Shown here one piece after another: positions 45,602-57,940 of a DNA stretch of 64,000 nucleotides. Positions within the stretch are counted from its first letter, which is position 1, and every line of letters begins with the position of its first letter. The stretch spans positions 1 to 64,000 of the forward strand of contig CP136572.1 in the NCBI GenBank assembly GCA_035193785.1, written 5' to 3'. The position numbers and the translations under genes were made by a program. Source of the stretch: Planktothrix sp. GU0601_MAG3 (lineage in GTDB: Bacteria; Cyanobacteriota; Cyanobacteriia; Cyanobacteriales; Microcoleaceae). The notes beneath the pieces were generated by a model, which ran no database searches, was not told the DNA's origin, and worked only from the letters and a program-made list of their open reading frames with translations.

Positions 45602-45722
45602 TTTTTCCAGAATTAAGTTTAACCGCTTTGCAAATTTTTCAGGCGGGTCAGGTTTAAATAAAATCATCAAAATGTTGTACCAAAATATGATAAGTTAAAA
45701 AAAGTGTTTTGGCGATCGCAAC

Positions 45723-47490
45723 TTGAAACAGAAACAACCCTCTAGTTACAAAAAATTAATTCCCTATATTCGTACCCAAGGTAAAACGATTACTAAAGCC
45801 TTAATTTGTACGATTGCTTTTACCGTATTTTGGCCGTTATTAGCCTGGTTAGCCGGACAAATGGCGGGTTATATTGGTCGGGGAGATGTGAATGCTATTG
45901 CTCAATTAGCAGGAGTAGCTGCGGTGGTTTTCTTCGTCCGAGGAACGGTACAATATGGGCAAGATACCTTGATGGCGAGAGCCGCCCTCACGATTTCTTT
46001 AGAATTAAGAAAACAAGTTTATCGTCATTTACAACAACTGAATATTGGGTATTTTGAAACCGCCAAAACCGGAGATCTCGCCTATCGCCTCACGGAAGAT
46101 ATTGACCGCATTGGGGAAGTAATTAATAAATTTTTTCACCAATTTATTCCCTGTATTTTGCAGTTAATTGTGGTTTTAGGATATATGATTTATCTTAACT
46201 GGCAATTAACTTTAGCTACTTTAATTATAGCCCCATTTATGGCCGTATTAATTGGTTGGTTTGGGGAAAAATTATTAACTTTTACTCGCCATAGTCAAAA
46301 CCGAGTTTCTAATTTAGCCTCTTTATTAACGGAAGTCTTTAGTGGTATTCGCTTAGTCCAAGCCTTTGCCGCCGAGGAATATGAAATTAATCGCTTTAGT
46401 ATCGAAGCCGAACAAAACCGCAAAGCTAAATATTTAGCCGAACAAATTAAGGCATTACAATTTGTGGTGGTGGGCTTTTTAGAAGCCATGAGTGTAATTT
46501 TATTATTCTTTTTAGGAGGATGGCAAATCTCCCAAGGGAATTTAACCGGAGGGGGATTTATTAGTTATATTGCGGCGGTGGCATTATTAATAGATCCCAT
46601 ATCATTAACCACCAGTAATTATAGTGATTTTAAACAGGGTCAGGCTTCGTGCGATCGCATCTTTGAACTATTAGATGTGCAACCGACGGTTTTAGAAAAA
46701 CCCGATGCTTTTATTTTACCCCATGTCACCGGAAAAGTCGAATATTCCCATGTTAGTTTTACCTATCCTAAAACCGATTTTTCCCAAAGCCAGGAAGATA
46801 ATAAACCCGTTTTAGACAATTTGAATCTATTAGTTAAATCGGGGGAAATGGTAGCCTTGGTGGGGCCGTCAGGAGCCGGAAAAACCACCTTAGTTACCCT
46901 GTTACCCCGATTTTATGATCGCCAATCAGGAACCATTAAAATTGATGATATTGATATTCAGGATGTGACCTTAAAAAGCCTCCGGCGACAAATTGGCATT
47001 GTCCCCCAAGATATTACTTTATTCTCAGGAACTATTGCCCAAAATATTGCCTTTGGTCAATCCTATTATGAATTAAATGATGTAGAAAATGCCGCCAAAG
47101 TTGCTAATGCCCATGCCTTTATTACGCAGTTTCCTAATGGATATCAAACCCTAGTGGGGGAAAGGGGCGTGAATTTATCGGGGGGACAAAGACAGAGAAT
47201 TGCGATCGCCCGGGCGGTATTATTAGACCCTAGAATTTTAATCTTAGATGAAGCCACCTCCGCCTTAGATTCCGAGTCAGAAGCCCTGGTTTCAAGAAGC
47301 CTTAGAGCGATTAATGCAGGATCGAACAGTATTTATCATTGCCCACCGTTTAGCCACCGTCAGACGGGCAACTCGCATTCTTGTCTTAGAACAGGGTAAA
47401 ATTGTGGAATCAGGAACCCATCAAGAACTCTTAGAAAAAGGCGATCGCTATGCCCAATTTTATGCTCAACAATTTGATTCATCAATTTAA
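45723..47490 (+). CDS. ABC transporter permease/ATP-binding protein (extra base at 47289)
   Basis: Transmembrane domain; [30 protein letters not shown] after correction. Confidence 0.92.
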
Positions 47491-47504
47491 AATAGGAGAC
47501 ATAA

Positions 47505-47903
47505 ATGGAACAAAATCCAGAGCCAGATAATTCAAAATTCAAGAATCAAGTGCAAAAATTACATCGAATTACCGTTTATAGCCGATGGCTGGTAATCGGG
47601 GTTTTGTGGGTAACAGTTGCACCCTTGAGTTTGTGGGCATTGCGGGAAGAAATTGCCCTTTGGCAAAACTATTTTACCTGGTCTGCGGTTCGCTATGGTT
47701 TAGCTTATAACCGTTTTGCTGCAATTGGTTTGGGGTTGTGTCTCGGTACAACAACAGCCACATTAGTTTGGCATAGTCGCAACATTTTATTCGGGGTTTC
47801 TCCCGCCTATCAAAAACGTTTAGAACAGCAGGTATTTAAAATTTTGAAACAGGGGCCTAGTCATCCTTTTTGGAAGTGGATTAGGGTGACGGAAAATCAC
47901 TAA
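47505..47903 (+). CDS. Conserved membrane protein
   Basis: Two transmembrane helices; conserved-looking QGPSHPFW C-terminus. Confidence 0.7.
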   Translation: MEQNPEPDNSKFKNQVQKLHRITVYSRWLVIGVLWVTVAPLSLWALREEIALWQNYFTWSAVRYGLAYNRFAAIGLGLCLGTTTATLVWHSRNILFGVSPAYQKRLEQQVFKILKQGPSHPFWKWIRVTENH

Positions 47904-48022
47904 TTGCCTCCGTATCAAATTAAATCCGTAATTTCTATTACCTTTATTTAAAACTTTGAACCAACCAGTTAAACTTGGCTTGAGCTAAGTCTAGAAATTC
48001 CTGTGTTTGTGCACTTAATTCA

Positions 48023-48484
48023 TCAGGTTTCCGGTTCGCATCCCATCAGATCTTCGTAACCCAAACGCCGAATTGTTCCTCGCATCCGACTGGCTAAACA
48101 CAGGGATAAACCTTGATAAAATCGGGCAGCAAATTTAGCATCACTGTGTATTTTACTATTAAGTTCAAATCGAGAAATAGCTAAAACCTGAGTAGTTTCT
48201 AAGGCTTTAACCGTTGCCAAAGGAGGCCGACTATCAATAAAAGAAATTTCTCCCACCACTTCCCCCTTTGTGATTTGGGCCAATTCTCGATCTTCCTTTG
48301 TACCGATTACCACACTTAACAATCCACTTAATACAAAATATAACGCATTAATCGGACGGCCTTCATAAATTAGCCTTTCCCCGGGGGGAAGTGTTTCCAC
48401 CTTGGCTTTATGAACAACCCAATGTAGATCATCATCGCTTAATCCACCGATAAGAAACAGTGCTTTTTCTGTTTTGTGAGTCAT
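48023..48484 (-). CDS. Cyclic nucleotide-binding domain protein
   Basis: GEVVGEISF..RPPLATV. Confidence 0.85.
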   Translation of the reverse strand: MTHKTEKALFLIGGLSDDDLHWVVHKAKVETLPPGERLIYEGRPINALYFVLSGLLSVVIGTKEDRELAQITKGEVVGEISFIDSRPPLATVKALETTQVLAISRFELNSKIHSDAKFAARFYQGLSLCLASRMRGTIRRLGYEDLMGCEPET

Positions 48485-48822
48485 TTTTTAATGATATTTT
48501 TAGTGGCTTTTATGGAGTAAATACAACCCGTTTTTCTCAGAAAATAGTCCGATCACTTAACATTTTTTGTTAAAGTAACACGAGATAATCCCACAGAACA
48601 ATTCTATCATTACTTTCCCTAGATCGTAACTATCAGATAATAAATTTATGGCACATCCTATCATATCTAGGGTCTGATGAATGGGAGAAATAGCCATAAA
48701 TTTCCTTAAATGGTCTAAAGAAGAATCCGTTCTACTATAATCTTAGATTAGAGTTTTGTCTAAACTTTAATCGGAATTGTCAAAGATTAGTTTTCCCCTT
48801 TCGTTGTACCAACTCACATTCT

Positions 48823-50308
48823 ATGAAAAGTAGTGATTCCTCGGATCAATTTTCCTCTAACGATGCCCTGAATGCTCAACCCTTACCTTCGATTAACTTA
48901 TTTACCATGTTTCGGTTAGGTCTATTTCAAATGGGGTTAGGGATTATGTCTTTGTTGACCCTGGGGGTGATTAACCGAATCATGATTGATGAGTTAAAAG
49001 TTCCGGCGTTAGTAGCAGCAGGGGCGATCGCTATGCACCAATTTGTTTCCCCTGCTAGGGTATGGTTTGGTCAGATGTCCGACGCCAAACCGTTATGGGG
49101 ATATCATCGCAGTAGCTATGTTTGGATTGGGTTAATTTTATTTACCAGTATGGCATTTGTAGCCCTACAAATAGTTTGGCCTTTAGGTGCAAGTATTCAA
49201 AGCAATGGATTTAATGGAATTGCCTATTTATGGGCGGGTTTATTAGCATTAATTTTTGCCGGATATGGTTTGGCTTTAAGCGCAAGTTTCCACACCTTTT
49301 ACCGCCCTATTATTTGATATTTCCGATGAAAATAATCGTTCTAAATTAGTCAGTATTGTTTGGTCAATGCTGATGGTAGGAATTGTGATTGGGGCGATTA
49401 TTAGTTCTAAAATTCTCCATCGTCCCGAACTCTGTGGTGCAGATCTTTTAGTCGATAATCCCATCACCACATCAACAACTACAAATTTATCCCAATTACA
49501 AACCTCTGTTAATCTGTTATTTATTATTATCCCATTAATCGTCATTGGTTTATGTTTTCTCGCAACAATTGGAATTGAACGCAAATTTTCTCGCTACAAA
49601 CTGCGTTCAACAATTGTTGAACGGGAAGATAAAATTACCTTTGGTCGCGCCCTTAAAATTCTCACCGCCAGCCGACAAACAGGGTTATTTTTTAGCTTTT
49701 TATTGGTGATGACTATTAGTTTATTTATGCAGGATGCTGTCTTAGAACCCTACGGGGGCGAAGTGTTTGGAATGTGTGTCTCGGAAACCACCAAATTAAA
49801 TGCGTTTTTTGGTATCGGAACTTTAATTGGGATTGCGTCAACGGGATTTTTAATTATCCCCCGGGTTGGCAAAAAAAATACCGTCAAAATCGGGTGTATT
49901 GGTGTCGCAATTTGTTTATTATTCTTTATTGTAGCGGGGTTTTATGCTAATGCTGGATTTTTAAAAGGCGCATTATTATTGTTTGGTTTAAATTCGGGAA
50001 TTTTGACGGCTGGGGCGATTAATTTAATGTTAGATTTAACCTTAGCTGAAACCGCCGGAACCTTTATTGGAGCATGGGGTTTAGCACAGGCTATGGCGCG
50101 GGGATTAGCCACGGTTTTAGGCGGGGCAATTTTAGATTTAGGACGGGCGATCTTTCAGGTTCCTTTCCTAGCTTATGGTTTAGTTTTTGCCGTACAAGCT
50201 GTTGGCATGATTCTAGCCATTGTATTATTAAATCGTGTAAATATTCGAGAATTCAACGAAACAGCCAAACAAGCGATCGCCAATGTTTTAGAACAAGAAA
50301 TGGATTAA
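48823..50308 (+). CDS. PucC/BCD-family MFS chlorophyll transporter (extra base at 49286)
   Basis: RLGLFQMGLG; NRIMI.EL; LEPYGG; GTFIGAWG. Confidence 0.88.
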
Positions 50309-50310
50309 TT

Positions 50311-50362
50311 GTAGAGACGTGCCCGAGCGCAGCGATGCCGTAGGCTATTGGCACGTCTCTAC
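50311..50362. repeat. GTAG REP-like palindrome with a GC-rich insert in the loop
   Basis: GTAGAGACGTGCC ... GGCACGTCTCTAC arms. Confidence 0.7.
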
Positions 50363-50370
50363 ACTGATTC

Positions 50371-51120
50371 TTACCATAATCCTCGAACGGGTTTCTCTCC
50401 TCCTACGGGACGACAATTCCCATAGAGGACTTTACAGACATCGTTAATTTTGTCTTGATGGAGTAGGGGAGTTTTAAACCCTTGAAATAATGGCCCTGTA
50501 ATGATCATCTCATATTCTTGTTTAGTCATTTTTTCAATAGAAATTTGAGACAAGGTTAAATTATCGGTTAAATTAGAAACTTTTTGTCCGGCTTCAATGG
50601 TGATCGGGTTGGGATTATTCAGATCATTTTTTGATAATAATTTAATTTTACCTTCTAACACCTGAATCGTTCCCGTACTAACATTGGTTTGGTTATTTTT
50701 ATTGGCATTTAATACATAAGTTGTACCTTGAACTCCCGTGGCAAACCCTAAAATACAACCATTAGCAGGGCCAGAAGCAATTAAAGCCCCCTCTTGGACT
50801 TCCGCACATTGACCGACCGTAATCTTAGAATTTTCCCCCATTCTGCCATTAGCACCCGTATTAAAATCAATTTGAGCGCGGGCTTTTTCGGTTCTAATTT
50901 CCTGTCCTAATGTCGCCTGTTCCTTGACTTCAGCCACTTGATTTTCAATAAATACTTGATTATTATTACCAATAATATCAGTCAAAATAGCCAGATTAAT
51001 TTGTGCCAAAGCCGGAAAAGTAACTAAAGAAAATCCTCCAATTAAACCCAAAACTTTGCTTAGGTTTAAAAGCCGATCCTGACGATTGACTTCCGGTTTT
51101 AAATTCAACTTAAACTTCAT
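50371..51120 (-). CDS. Secreted FecR-like domain protein
   Basis: Signal peptide; IRT..RAQI.F..G..RMGENS; GTTY; VLEGKI. Confidence 0.65.
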   Translation of the reverse strand: MKFKLNLKPEVNRQDRLLNLSKVLGLIGGFSLVTFPALAQINLAILTDIIGNNNQVFIENQVAEVKEQATLGQEIRTEKARAQIDFNTGANGRMGENSKITVGQCAEVQEGALIASGPANGCILGFATGVQGTTYVLNANKNNQTNVSTGTIQVLEGKIKLLSKNDLNNPNPITIEAGQKVSNLTDNLTLSQISIEKMTKQEYEMIITGPLFQGFKTPLLHQDKINDVCKVLYGNCRPVGGEKPVRGLW

Positions 51121-51167
51121 CTTCCTAATCCTTTATTGAAAAATACATTAATCTTAGTCAACATCCT

Positions 51168-52288
51168 TTAAATTAACCCCTTCACCCGATTAAGAATAAA
51201 AGGAGCAATATCATTGACCGATAGAATATGTTGAGCAGCACCCAAAGCAATCGCCTCTGCGGGCATTCCAAAGACTACACAACTATCCTGATTTTGGGCA
51301 ATTGTTAATCCACCCTGATCAGAAATAGCTTTCATTCCATCGGCTCCATCCCGACCCATTCCGGTTAACAAAACCCCCACCGCACTGGCTCCATAACAGT
51401 CAGCAACAGACTTTAAAGTAGTTGTCACCGCCGGACGATGACCCGCCAGTGGAGGGGCATTTGAATAGGCAAAGCGACCCGTATGGCTAAATTCTAAATG
51501 GTATCCGTCTGGTGCAAAATAAACCGATCCCGCCTGGGGAAGTTCACCGACTGTGGCGATTTTAATGGATAAATGGCATTCTCCATTCAACCAACTGACT
51601 AACCCCGGAAGAAAGCCCTCACTAATATGCTGAACACAAACAATAGGAACGGGAAAATTACTGGGAAATTGTGTCAAAATTGTATGTAAGGCTTGGGGGC
51701 CACCCGTCGAAGCACCAATCGCCAGAATCTTAATCGTTTTAGAAGATGGGGGCGAAACCTTCGGGGATTCACTCGTCCAGGGTAGGTAAGAAGACGAAAT
51801 GGTTTTCTGTTCACGGGTGCAGGTGCAGTCGTAGACGGGCGGTTGTCACTGACCGGGGGTTGGGATTTACGATGTTTAGTAAAAACTTTGACACCCGCCA
51901 GCACTTTAATTTTTTGAATTAACTCCCGTCCGATCAATTCATAATCGGAGGCTAAACCCGTTTTCGGTTTAGGAAACACATCAACAGCCCCGGCATTTAA
52001 TAGTTGAAAAACGTTTTGAGTATCATCGGATTGAACCGAAGCACTGATCACCAAAACTGGACGGGGATAAAGTACCATGACTTCCTGGATAAATTCCAGT
52101 CCGTTCATTTGGGGCATATGAAAATCTGTACAAATAACATCCGGTTGAACAGTGGGAACTAATGTTAATGCCTCCTTACCTGTTCGAGCAGTTCCCACAA
52201 TAGTAATCTCTGGAGATGTTGATAAAATTCGTTTCAGAATAATTAAAGCAACGGCGGAATCTTCAACTAGGAGAACTCGAATTGGCAT
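51168..52288 (-). CDS. cheB: Chemotaxis methylesterase with receiver domain (frameshift in the linker, best fixed by removing 2 bases at 51802)
   Basis: Receiver domain; GASTGGP; VQHI; HRPAV; LTGMGRDGA. Confidence 0.9.
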
Positions 52289-52414
52289 TTTACAGTGAGT
52301 AACTTGTTAGATGTGGGATAACTACTATTAAAATTAAGAATATCTGATTAAGACGGTGCAAGGGTTTGTACTAAAATTTGATAGTAATTCGCACTTCAAT
52401 TATTTTTTATTCGA

Positions 52415-53071
52415 TTAATTTTTAATAAAATCTTGATGATCAACAGTAGCAATTCCCTGTTGTAATATAGTTAAAACCTGCGCCATATTTCCAGTTAATA
52501 ATGATTGTTCATCTAACCATAAACCCGGAAATATTTCACTTTTTAGGATGCCTTCTGAATCTGCCAAAAGTTTAATATATTGTCCTTCTCTTAATCTAAA
52601 CCAGTCTAATTGTTGTTCATAAACTCGCCAAATTAAATATTCTTGGACATGATTACGACAATAAACCTTTAACTTTTGATGATAGTCAATAGAAGCACTA
52701 GAAGCGGCAATTTCAACAATTAATTCCGGCGCACCTTCGACATAATCATCTTCACTAATTATAGATTGTCCCCCCTGTTCAACTCTTAATAAAGCATCCG
52801 GTTGAAGTTCATTATCATTATCCAGACGAACAGTTGTATTATCTGCTAAACCGATCCCTGGTGTTGCGGCTTCATAAGTTCCCAACCAAGTCATAATAGA
52901 AGCATGGGGTTTTCCATGACTTTTGTAACGTAATGCAGCCGCCATATAGACAATTCCTTCAATTAATTCTGCTTTTTTTACATCAGACATCGCCACACAA
53001 CGACGTTCAAATTCAATCCGAGTTAATTGATCGCCGTTTTCTAACGGTAGAGTTGTTAAAGAGGATACCAT
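52415..53071 (-). CDS. Uma2-family endonuclease
   Basis: KAELIEGIVYM; QPDALL; PELIVEIAASS; EYLIW. Confidence 0.88.
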   Translation of the reverse strand: MVSSLTTLPLENGDQLTRIEFERRCVAMSDVKKAELIEGIVYMAAALRYKSHGKPHASIMTWLGTYEAATPGIGLADNTTVRLDNDNELQPDALLRVEQGGQSIISEDDYVEGAPELIVEIAASSASIDYHQKLKVYCRNHVQEYLIWRVYEQQLDWFRLREGQYIKLLADSEGILKSEIFPGLWLDEQSLLTGNMAQVLTILQQGIATVDHQDFIKN

Positions 53072-53323
53072 ATTATCAGAGATAAGTATTCACAATATAA
53101 ACGAGTTTAGCATATTTTAGAAAAATCCTTACTGCTTTTGATACAAAATTTAATTATTTTGCTATAATTAGATTGATTCAATTTTTTCTATATCCTCCAG
53201 GCAAGAAATAAATTTAACAGAAATGTACCATTTTACATAATCAATACTGATCAGTTTAAACCCACTAAAGCCACTTTTTAAGTTATTATTATTCTTGTAG
53301 GTATAGATTAAAGCTATTTAACA

Positions 53324-53959
53324 ATGAGTCCTCAACACAAAATTCCTCGTCAACCCGGAATTTATGGAATTATTAATCAATTAACAAAAAAATTTTATAT
53401 CGGTCAAACAACCAATTTATATAATGCTTATAAAAATCATGCTCGTGCTTTTGAAAATAATGGCAATCCTGGCAATCGATACCTAGTTAAAGATGTTATT
53501 AAGTATGGTAAAGAAAATTTTGTTTTCCAAATTTTTGAAATTATTCCCTCAGAAGAAATAGTTGATAATCAATATTTGAATGATTTAAAAGATATTTATC
53601 TTACTTGCGTTTATTTTGGAGTCTATAACCATAGCCATCGCAAGCGGTTAAAAGCTAAAGGAATTCACTTTACATTCGATCAAGAAACAGGATTATATTC
53701 GTGGTCAAGAAATCCTGAGACAGAAAACACTAAAAAAGTAAATCCTGATAAAATTCCTTCACAATTAGTAGAAAAACAAAAAAAATTAGAACTTCCTATT
53801 ACTCCAGAAGCCAGAGAAAAATTAGTTAATTCTTTGCAAACTTCTAAAGGAGGATGGACAAAAAAAGACCTAGAAATAATAGGTGTAGATTGGCCTCCTC
53901 CGAGTGGATGGAAAGCTGCTTTTATCAAGTATGGTGAAAATTGGAAAAACTTCTTATAA
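53324..53959 (+). CDS. Free-standing GIY-YIG nuclease with a C-terminal GGWT..WPPP.GW domain
   Basis: GIYGI...FYIGQT; F.FQIFE; YN. Confidence 0.8.
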   Translation: MSPQHKIPRQPGIYGIINQLTKKFYIGQTTNLYNAYKNHARAFENNGNPGNRYLVKDVIKYGKENFVFQIFEIIPSEEIVDNQYLNDLKDIYLTCVYFGVYNHSHRKRLKAKGIHFTFDQETGLYSWSRNPETENTKKVNPDKIPSQLVEKQKKLELPITPEAREKLVNSLQTSKGGWTKKDLEIIGVDWPPPSGWKAAFIKYGENWKNFL

Positions 53960-54101
53960 ATTTTTTATAGGAAGTTTATGAAATAAATTAATCCTAATTG
54001 ATTTACAGATGTTACCGAATACGTTGGGACGATTTTCCCCTCGTTTCTAGGTAGAGCCTCAAAATTAGCATTCTAATGCTCTGCATTGGAACGACGAAAA
54101 A

Positions 54102-55412
54102 TTAAGGTGTTTGTACTAAGATCTGATTGCGAGTTGAATCACCAATACCCGGACGGCGACCATCAATATGAGGTTGAATTAATTCGGGTAAGCTATCAGG
54201 AGAACCCCATTTACTCACGAACTGCTGTAATAATAAATCCTGATCCGCCCTTAACCCATCTAAATTCGTTCCCCGATTAATAATAGCAAACCAAACTAAA
54301 CCTCGGTCACGGGTAGGTAAAACCCCAGCTAAGGCACTCACATCCGATAAAGTTCCGGTTTTCACCGGAGAAGAAACCGGAATTTTGCGATCTTCTAATG
54401 TACCTTGGGTATCAATTCCAGCAATCGGAAATAAATCAGCAACGGTAATATTAGTATCCTGTAAATATCGGGCTAAAGCCATAAACATTCCCACCACAGC
54501 CCGAGGAGAAATTTGATTTTCCGGTTCTAAACCCGAACCATTAATCAACCGAATTTCATCTATGGGAACTCCCGCCGCCTGTGATGCCAATTGTCTAACA
54601 TTTGCCGCCCCGCCCACATTGGCTGCTAAAATTTCAGCCATGGGATTATTACTATAAATATTCATTTGTTTGATAATTTCAACTAAAGCCAAAGACTGAT
54701 GACGAATAATTGGGGTTGAATTAACCGCCCCAGATTGAGCTATAATATTTCCTGAAATCATCACTTGAGGTTTAGCCGTTCCGGGTGTCATCCGAGAATG
54801 CTGATAGATAATTTCTTCCTTCCAAGATTGAGAATTGAATGCCTCTTTTAATAATTGACCCACTTTCAGAGGATCAACTTCATAATTCATATAAAAACGA
54901 TCAGTAATAATTAAATTCCCCGCGACCCCGCGAATTCCCATTTGATTTAAACTATTTCCCAGGGCGATCGCTTCTTCCCAAATAAAAAACGGATCACCAT
55001 TCCCCGTAACTACTAAATCCCCCTGTACCACACCCCCAACAATCGGCCCAGTCACCCCTAGAATCGTCTCAAACCGATGTTCCGGGGGGAAAACCTGGAG
55101 GGATGCCAAGGAGGTCGCTACCTTCGTTAGAGAAGCCGCGGGCAGGGGTGTAGTCCCAGAATTTTTCGCCAAAGGAACCCAACTTGACTGTACCCAAACC
55201 CCTTGGACATCCGGGGAAAGTCCCTTAGCCGATAACCGATTCAAATATTGCTGCAACACCGCTTCCGCCACGGGATCAGGCTGTTGGGGAAACACCACCC
55301 GGGATAACTCCGTTTCCAAATTCTCGAATACAGAAGTATTGAGTCCCGCCCGATCCATCCCCGCCATTTGCAACCAAACACCAACTAATCCCGAACTCAG
55401 AATATCAATCAT
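54102..55412 (-). CDS. dacB: D-Ala-D-Ala carboxypeptidase, peptidase S13 (PBP4)
   Basis: ASLTK (SxxK), SNN and KTG motifs. Confidence 0.85.
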   Translation of the reverse strand: MIDILSSGLVGVWLQMAGMDRAGLNTSVFENLETELSRVVFPQQPDPVAEAVLQQYLNRLSAKGLSPDVQGVWVQSSWVPLAKNSGTTPLPAASLTKVATSLASLQVFPPEHRFETILGVTGPIVGGVVQGDLVVTGNGDPFFIWEEAIALGNSLNQMGIRGVAGNLIITDRFYMNYEVDPLKVGQLLKEAFNSQSWKEEIIYQHSRMTPGTAKPQVMISGNIIAQSGAVNSTPIIRHQSLALVEIIKQMNIYSNNPMAEILAANVGGAANVRQLASQAAGVPIDEIRLINGSGLEPENQISPRAVVGMFMALARYLQDTNITVADLFPIAGIDTQGTLEDRKIPVSSPVKTGTLSDVSALAGVLPTRDRGLVWFAIINRGTNLDGLRADQDLLLQQFVSKWGSPDSLPELIQPHIDGRRPGIGDSTRNQILVQTP

Positions 55413-55582
55413 TGTAAATCGCTAAACACTATTAAATAAACCAAGATTGATCGTACCAGTGCCAGATCAAGATTGACTCCATCACTGCAATTAAAAAGCC
55501 ATCCCCCGCATAAGGAAGGAAAAGACAGGGCTTTAGAGCCGTTTTTTTGGTAAAATCCTGAAGGTTTCTCAAAAGTTGGTCA

Positions 55583-56627
55583 ATGAGTTCAACTCGCGCA
55601 CGAATTGCAATTGACGCTATGGGCGGAGATCATGCTCCCGCCGAAATCGTTGCTGGAGCGCTAATGGCACAGGAAAAATGGGATGTAGAAGTCTTTTTGG
55701 TTGGCGACCCCGATCAAATTGAAGCAGCCCTCAAACACCACCATAGCAAGCTCCCTCTGTCTCAAATTATTCCGGCTGAAGGCACGATCGAAATGCACGA
55801 AGAAGCCTTGGGGGCGTTAAAACGCAAACCTAAAGCTTCAATTAACGTGGCTATGAATCTAGTTAAGCAAAAAAAAGCCGATGCCGTCGTCTCGGCGGGT
55901 CATTCCGGTGCAGCTATGGCTTCCGCCCTGTTGCGTTTAGGACGTCTGCCGGGGATTGATCGTCCGGCGATCGGAGCCGTTTTACCCACCATGAAGCCCG
56001 ACTCCCCAGTTTCTGGTCTTAGATGTGGGGGCGAATGTCGATTGTCGGCCCAAATTTTTAGAACAGTTTGCGGTAATGGGATCGATTTACAGTCGTTATG
56101 TTCTGGGAACTTCTGAACCAAAAGTGGGGTTACTCAATATTGGTGAAGAATCCTGTAAAGGCAATGATCTGGCCATTCGCACCTATCAACTCCTAGAAAA
56201 TCATCCCGAAATTGCCTTTGCTGGAAACGCCGAAGGGCGGGATGTCCTAACGGGGGAATTTGATGTGATTGTCTGCGATGGTTTCGTGGGAAATGTGCTT
56301 TTGAAATTTGCCGAAGGAGTGGGAGAAGCGGTTCTACAAATGCTCAAGGAGGAATTAACATCGGGATTACAGGCGAAATTAGGGACGGCTCTGCTCAAAC
56401 CCAGTTTAATGCGGTTTAAACAACGGGTGGATCATGTTGAACATGGGGGCGCCTTACTCCTTGGGGTGGCAGGGGTTTGCATTATTAGTCATGGATCTTC
56501 TAAGGCGGCAACGATTGCTAATGCGGTTCGTTTGGCAAAAGAAGCGATCGATAACCAAGTCCTAGAACGGATTCAAGCCCAATATCAAAAACACCCGCAA
56601 CCGGATGAAAAGGTGATCAGTGGTTAA
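55583..56627 (+). CDS. plsX: Phosphate acyltransferase (extra base at 56009)
   Basis: IAIDAMGGDHAP; LDVGAN; CDGFVGN; SHGSS. Confidence 0.95.
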
Positions 56628-56665
56628 TCGCTATTTTTAAGATCAAGACAAAGAACAGAGCATCA

Positions 56666-57665
56666 ATGATAACAACAGGCATTGCAATTACGGGTTGCGG
56701 ATCGGCTACACCCTCGGTTTTACTGGATAATTATGGACTCTCTCAACGGGTCGAAACCTCCGATGAATGGATTACTTCTCGCACCGGAATTTCTCAACGA
56801 CGTTTAGCTGATTCTGATACCTCGTTGAGTCAATTAGCAATAGTGGCGGCTCAAAATGCGATCGCCATGGCGGCTATTGACCCGGCGGATATTGATTTGA
56901 TTATCTTGGCCACATCAACGGCCGATGATCTGTTTGGGAGTGCCAGTTTTATTCAATTTCAACTGGGTGCAACCAAAGCGGTGGCCTTTGATATGACCGC
57001 GGCCTGTTCGGGATTTGTGTTTGGGTTAGTCACCGCTTCCCAATTTATTCGCACTGGAGTCTATCAAAATGTTCTTTTAATTGGGGCTGATATTCTCTCC
57101 CGTTGGGTTGACTGGTCAGATCGCAGAACCTGTATTTTATTTGGGGATGGCGCCGGGGCGGTGGTTTTACAAGGGGATGAACGCGATCGCTTATTAGGAT
57201 TTGAAATTAGAAGTGATGGCAGACAAAATCAGTCTTTAAATTTATCCTATCAACCCAAACCGCAGGAAATATTACCCGGAATTACCATTGGTCAAGGAAA
57301 CCTATCGTCCGATTACGATGAATGGTCAAGAAATCTATAAATTTGCGGTTAAAAAGGTTCCAGAAGTCATTGAAAAAGCTTTATTTAGGGCAAATCTAAC
57401 CGTCGATCAAATTGATTGGTTAATTCTGCATCAAGCGAATCAACGCATATTAGATGCGGTCGCACAACGATTAAATATTCCCCCGGAAAAGGTGATTAGT
57501 AATTTAGCAAAATATGGTAATACTTCTGCGGCTTCGATTCCCTTAGCCCTTGATGAAGCGGTACGAGAGGGAAAAATTAAACCTGGCGATCGGATTATGA
57601 CCTCCGGTTTTGGCGCGGGATTGACCTGGGGGGCGGCTTTATTTGAATGGGGGCAGGGGGGGTAG
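56666..57665 (+). CDS. fabH: Beta-ketoacyl-ACP synthase III (extra base at 57297)
   Basis: AACSGF; HQAN; GNTSAAS. Confidence 0.95.
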
Positions 57666-57783
57666 GGGAGCAGGGGGAGGTAGGGGGGCAGGGGGGCAGG
57701 GGGAGCAGGGGAGGTAGGGGGGCAGGGGGAGCAGGGGGGACAGGGGAGGTAGGGGAGGTAGGGGAGCAGGGGAGCAGGGGAGC
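57651..57783 (+). repeat. G-rich short tandem repeat overlapping the fabH 3' end
   Basis: GGGGAGCA / GGGGAGGTA units. Confidence 0.85.
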
Positions 57784-57940
57784 GTCCTCAATTGACCATT
57801 AATAATTGACAATTGACCATTAAGTACCTAAACAAAATTAATTACAAATCCTCTAACCTGTTCCCTGTTCCCTGTTCCCTATTCCCTCTCTCAACTGGGT
57901 AATTTATTTTGTTCAACTACTTAACAATTAACTAATAAAA

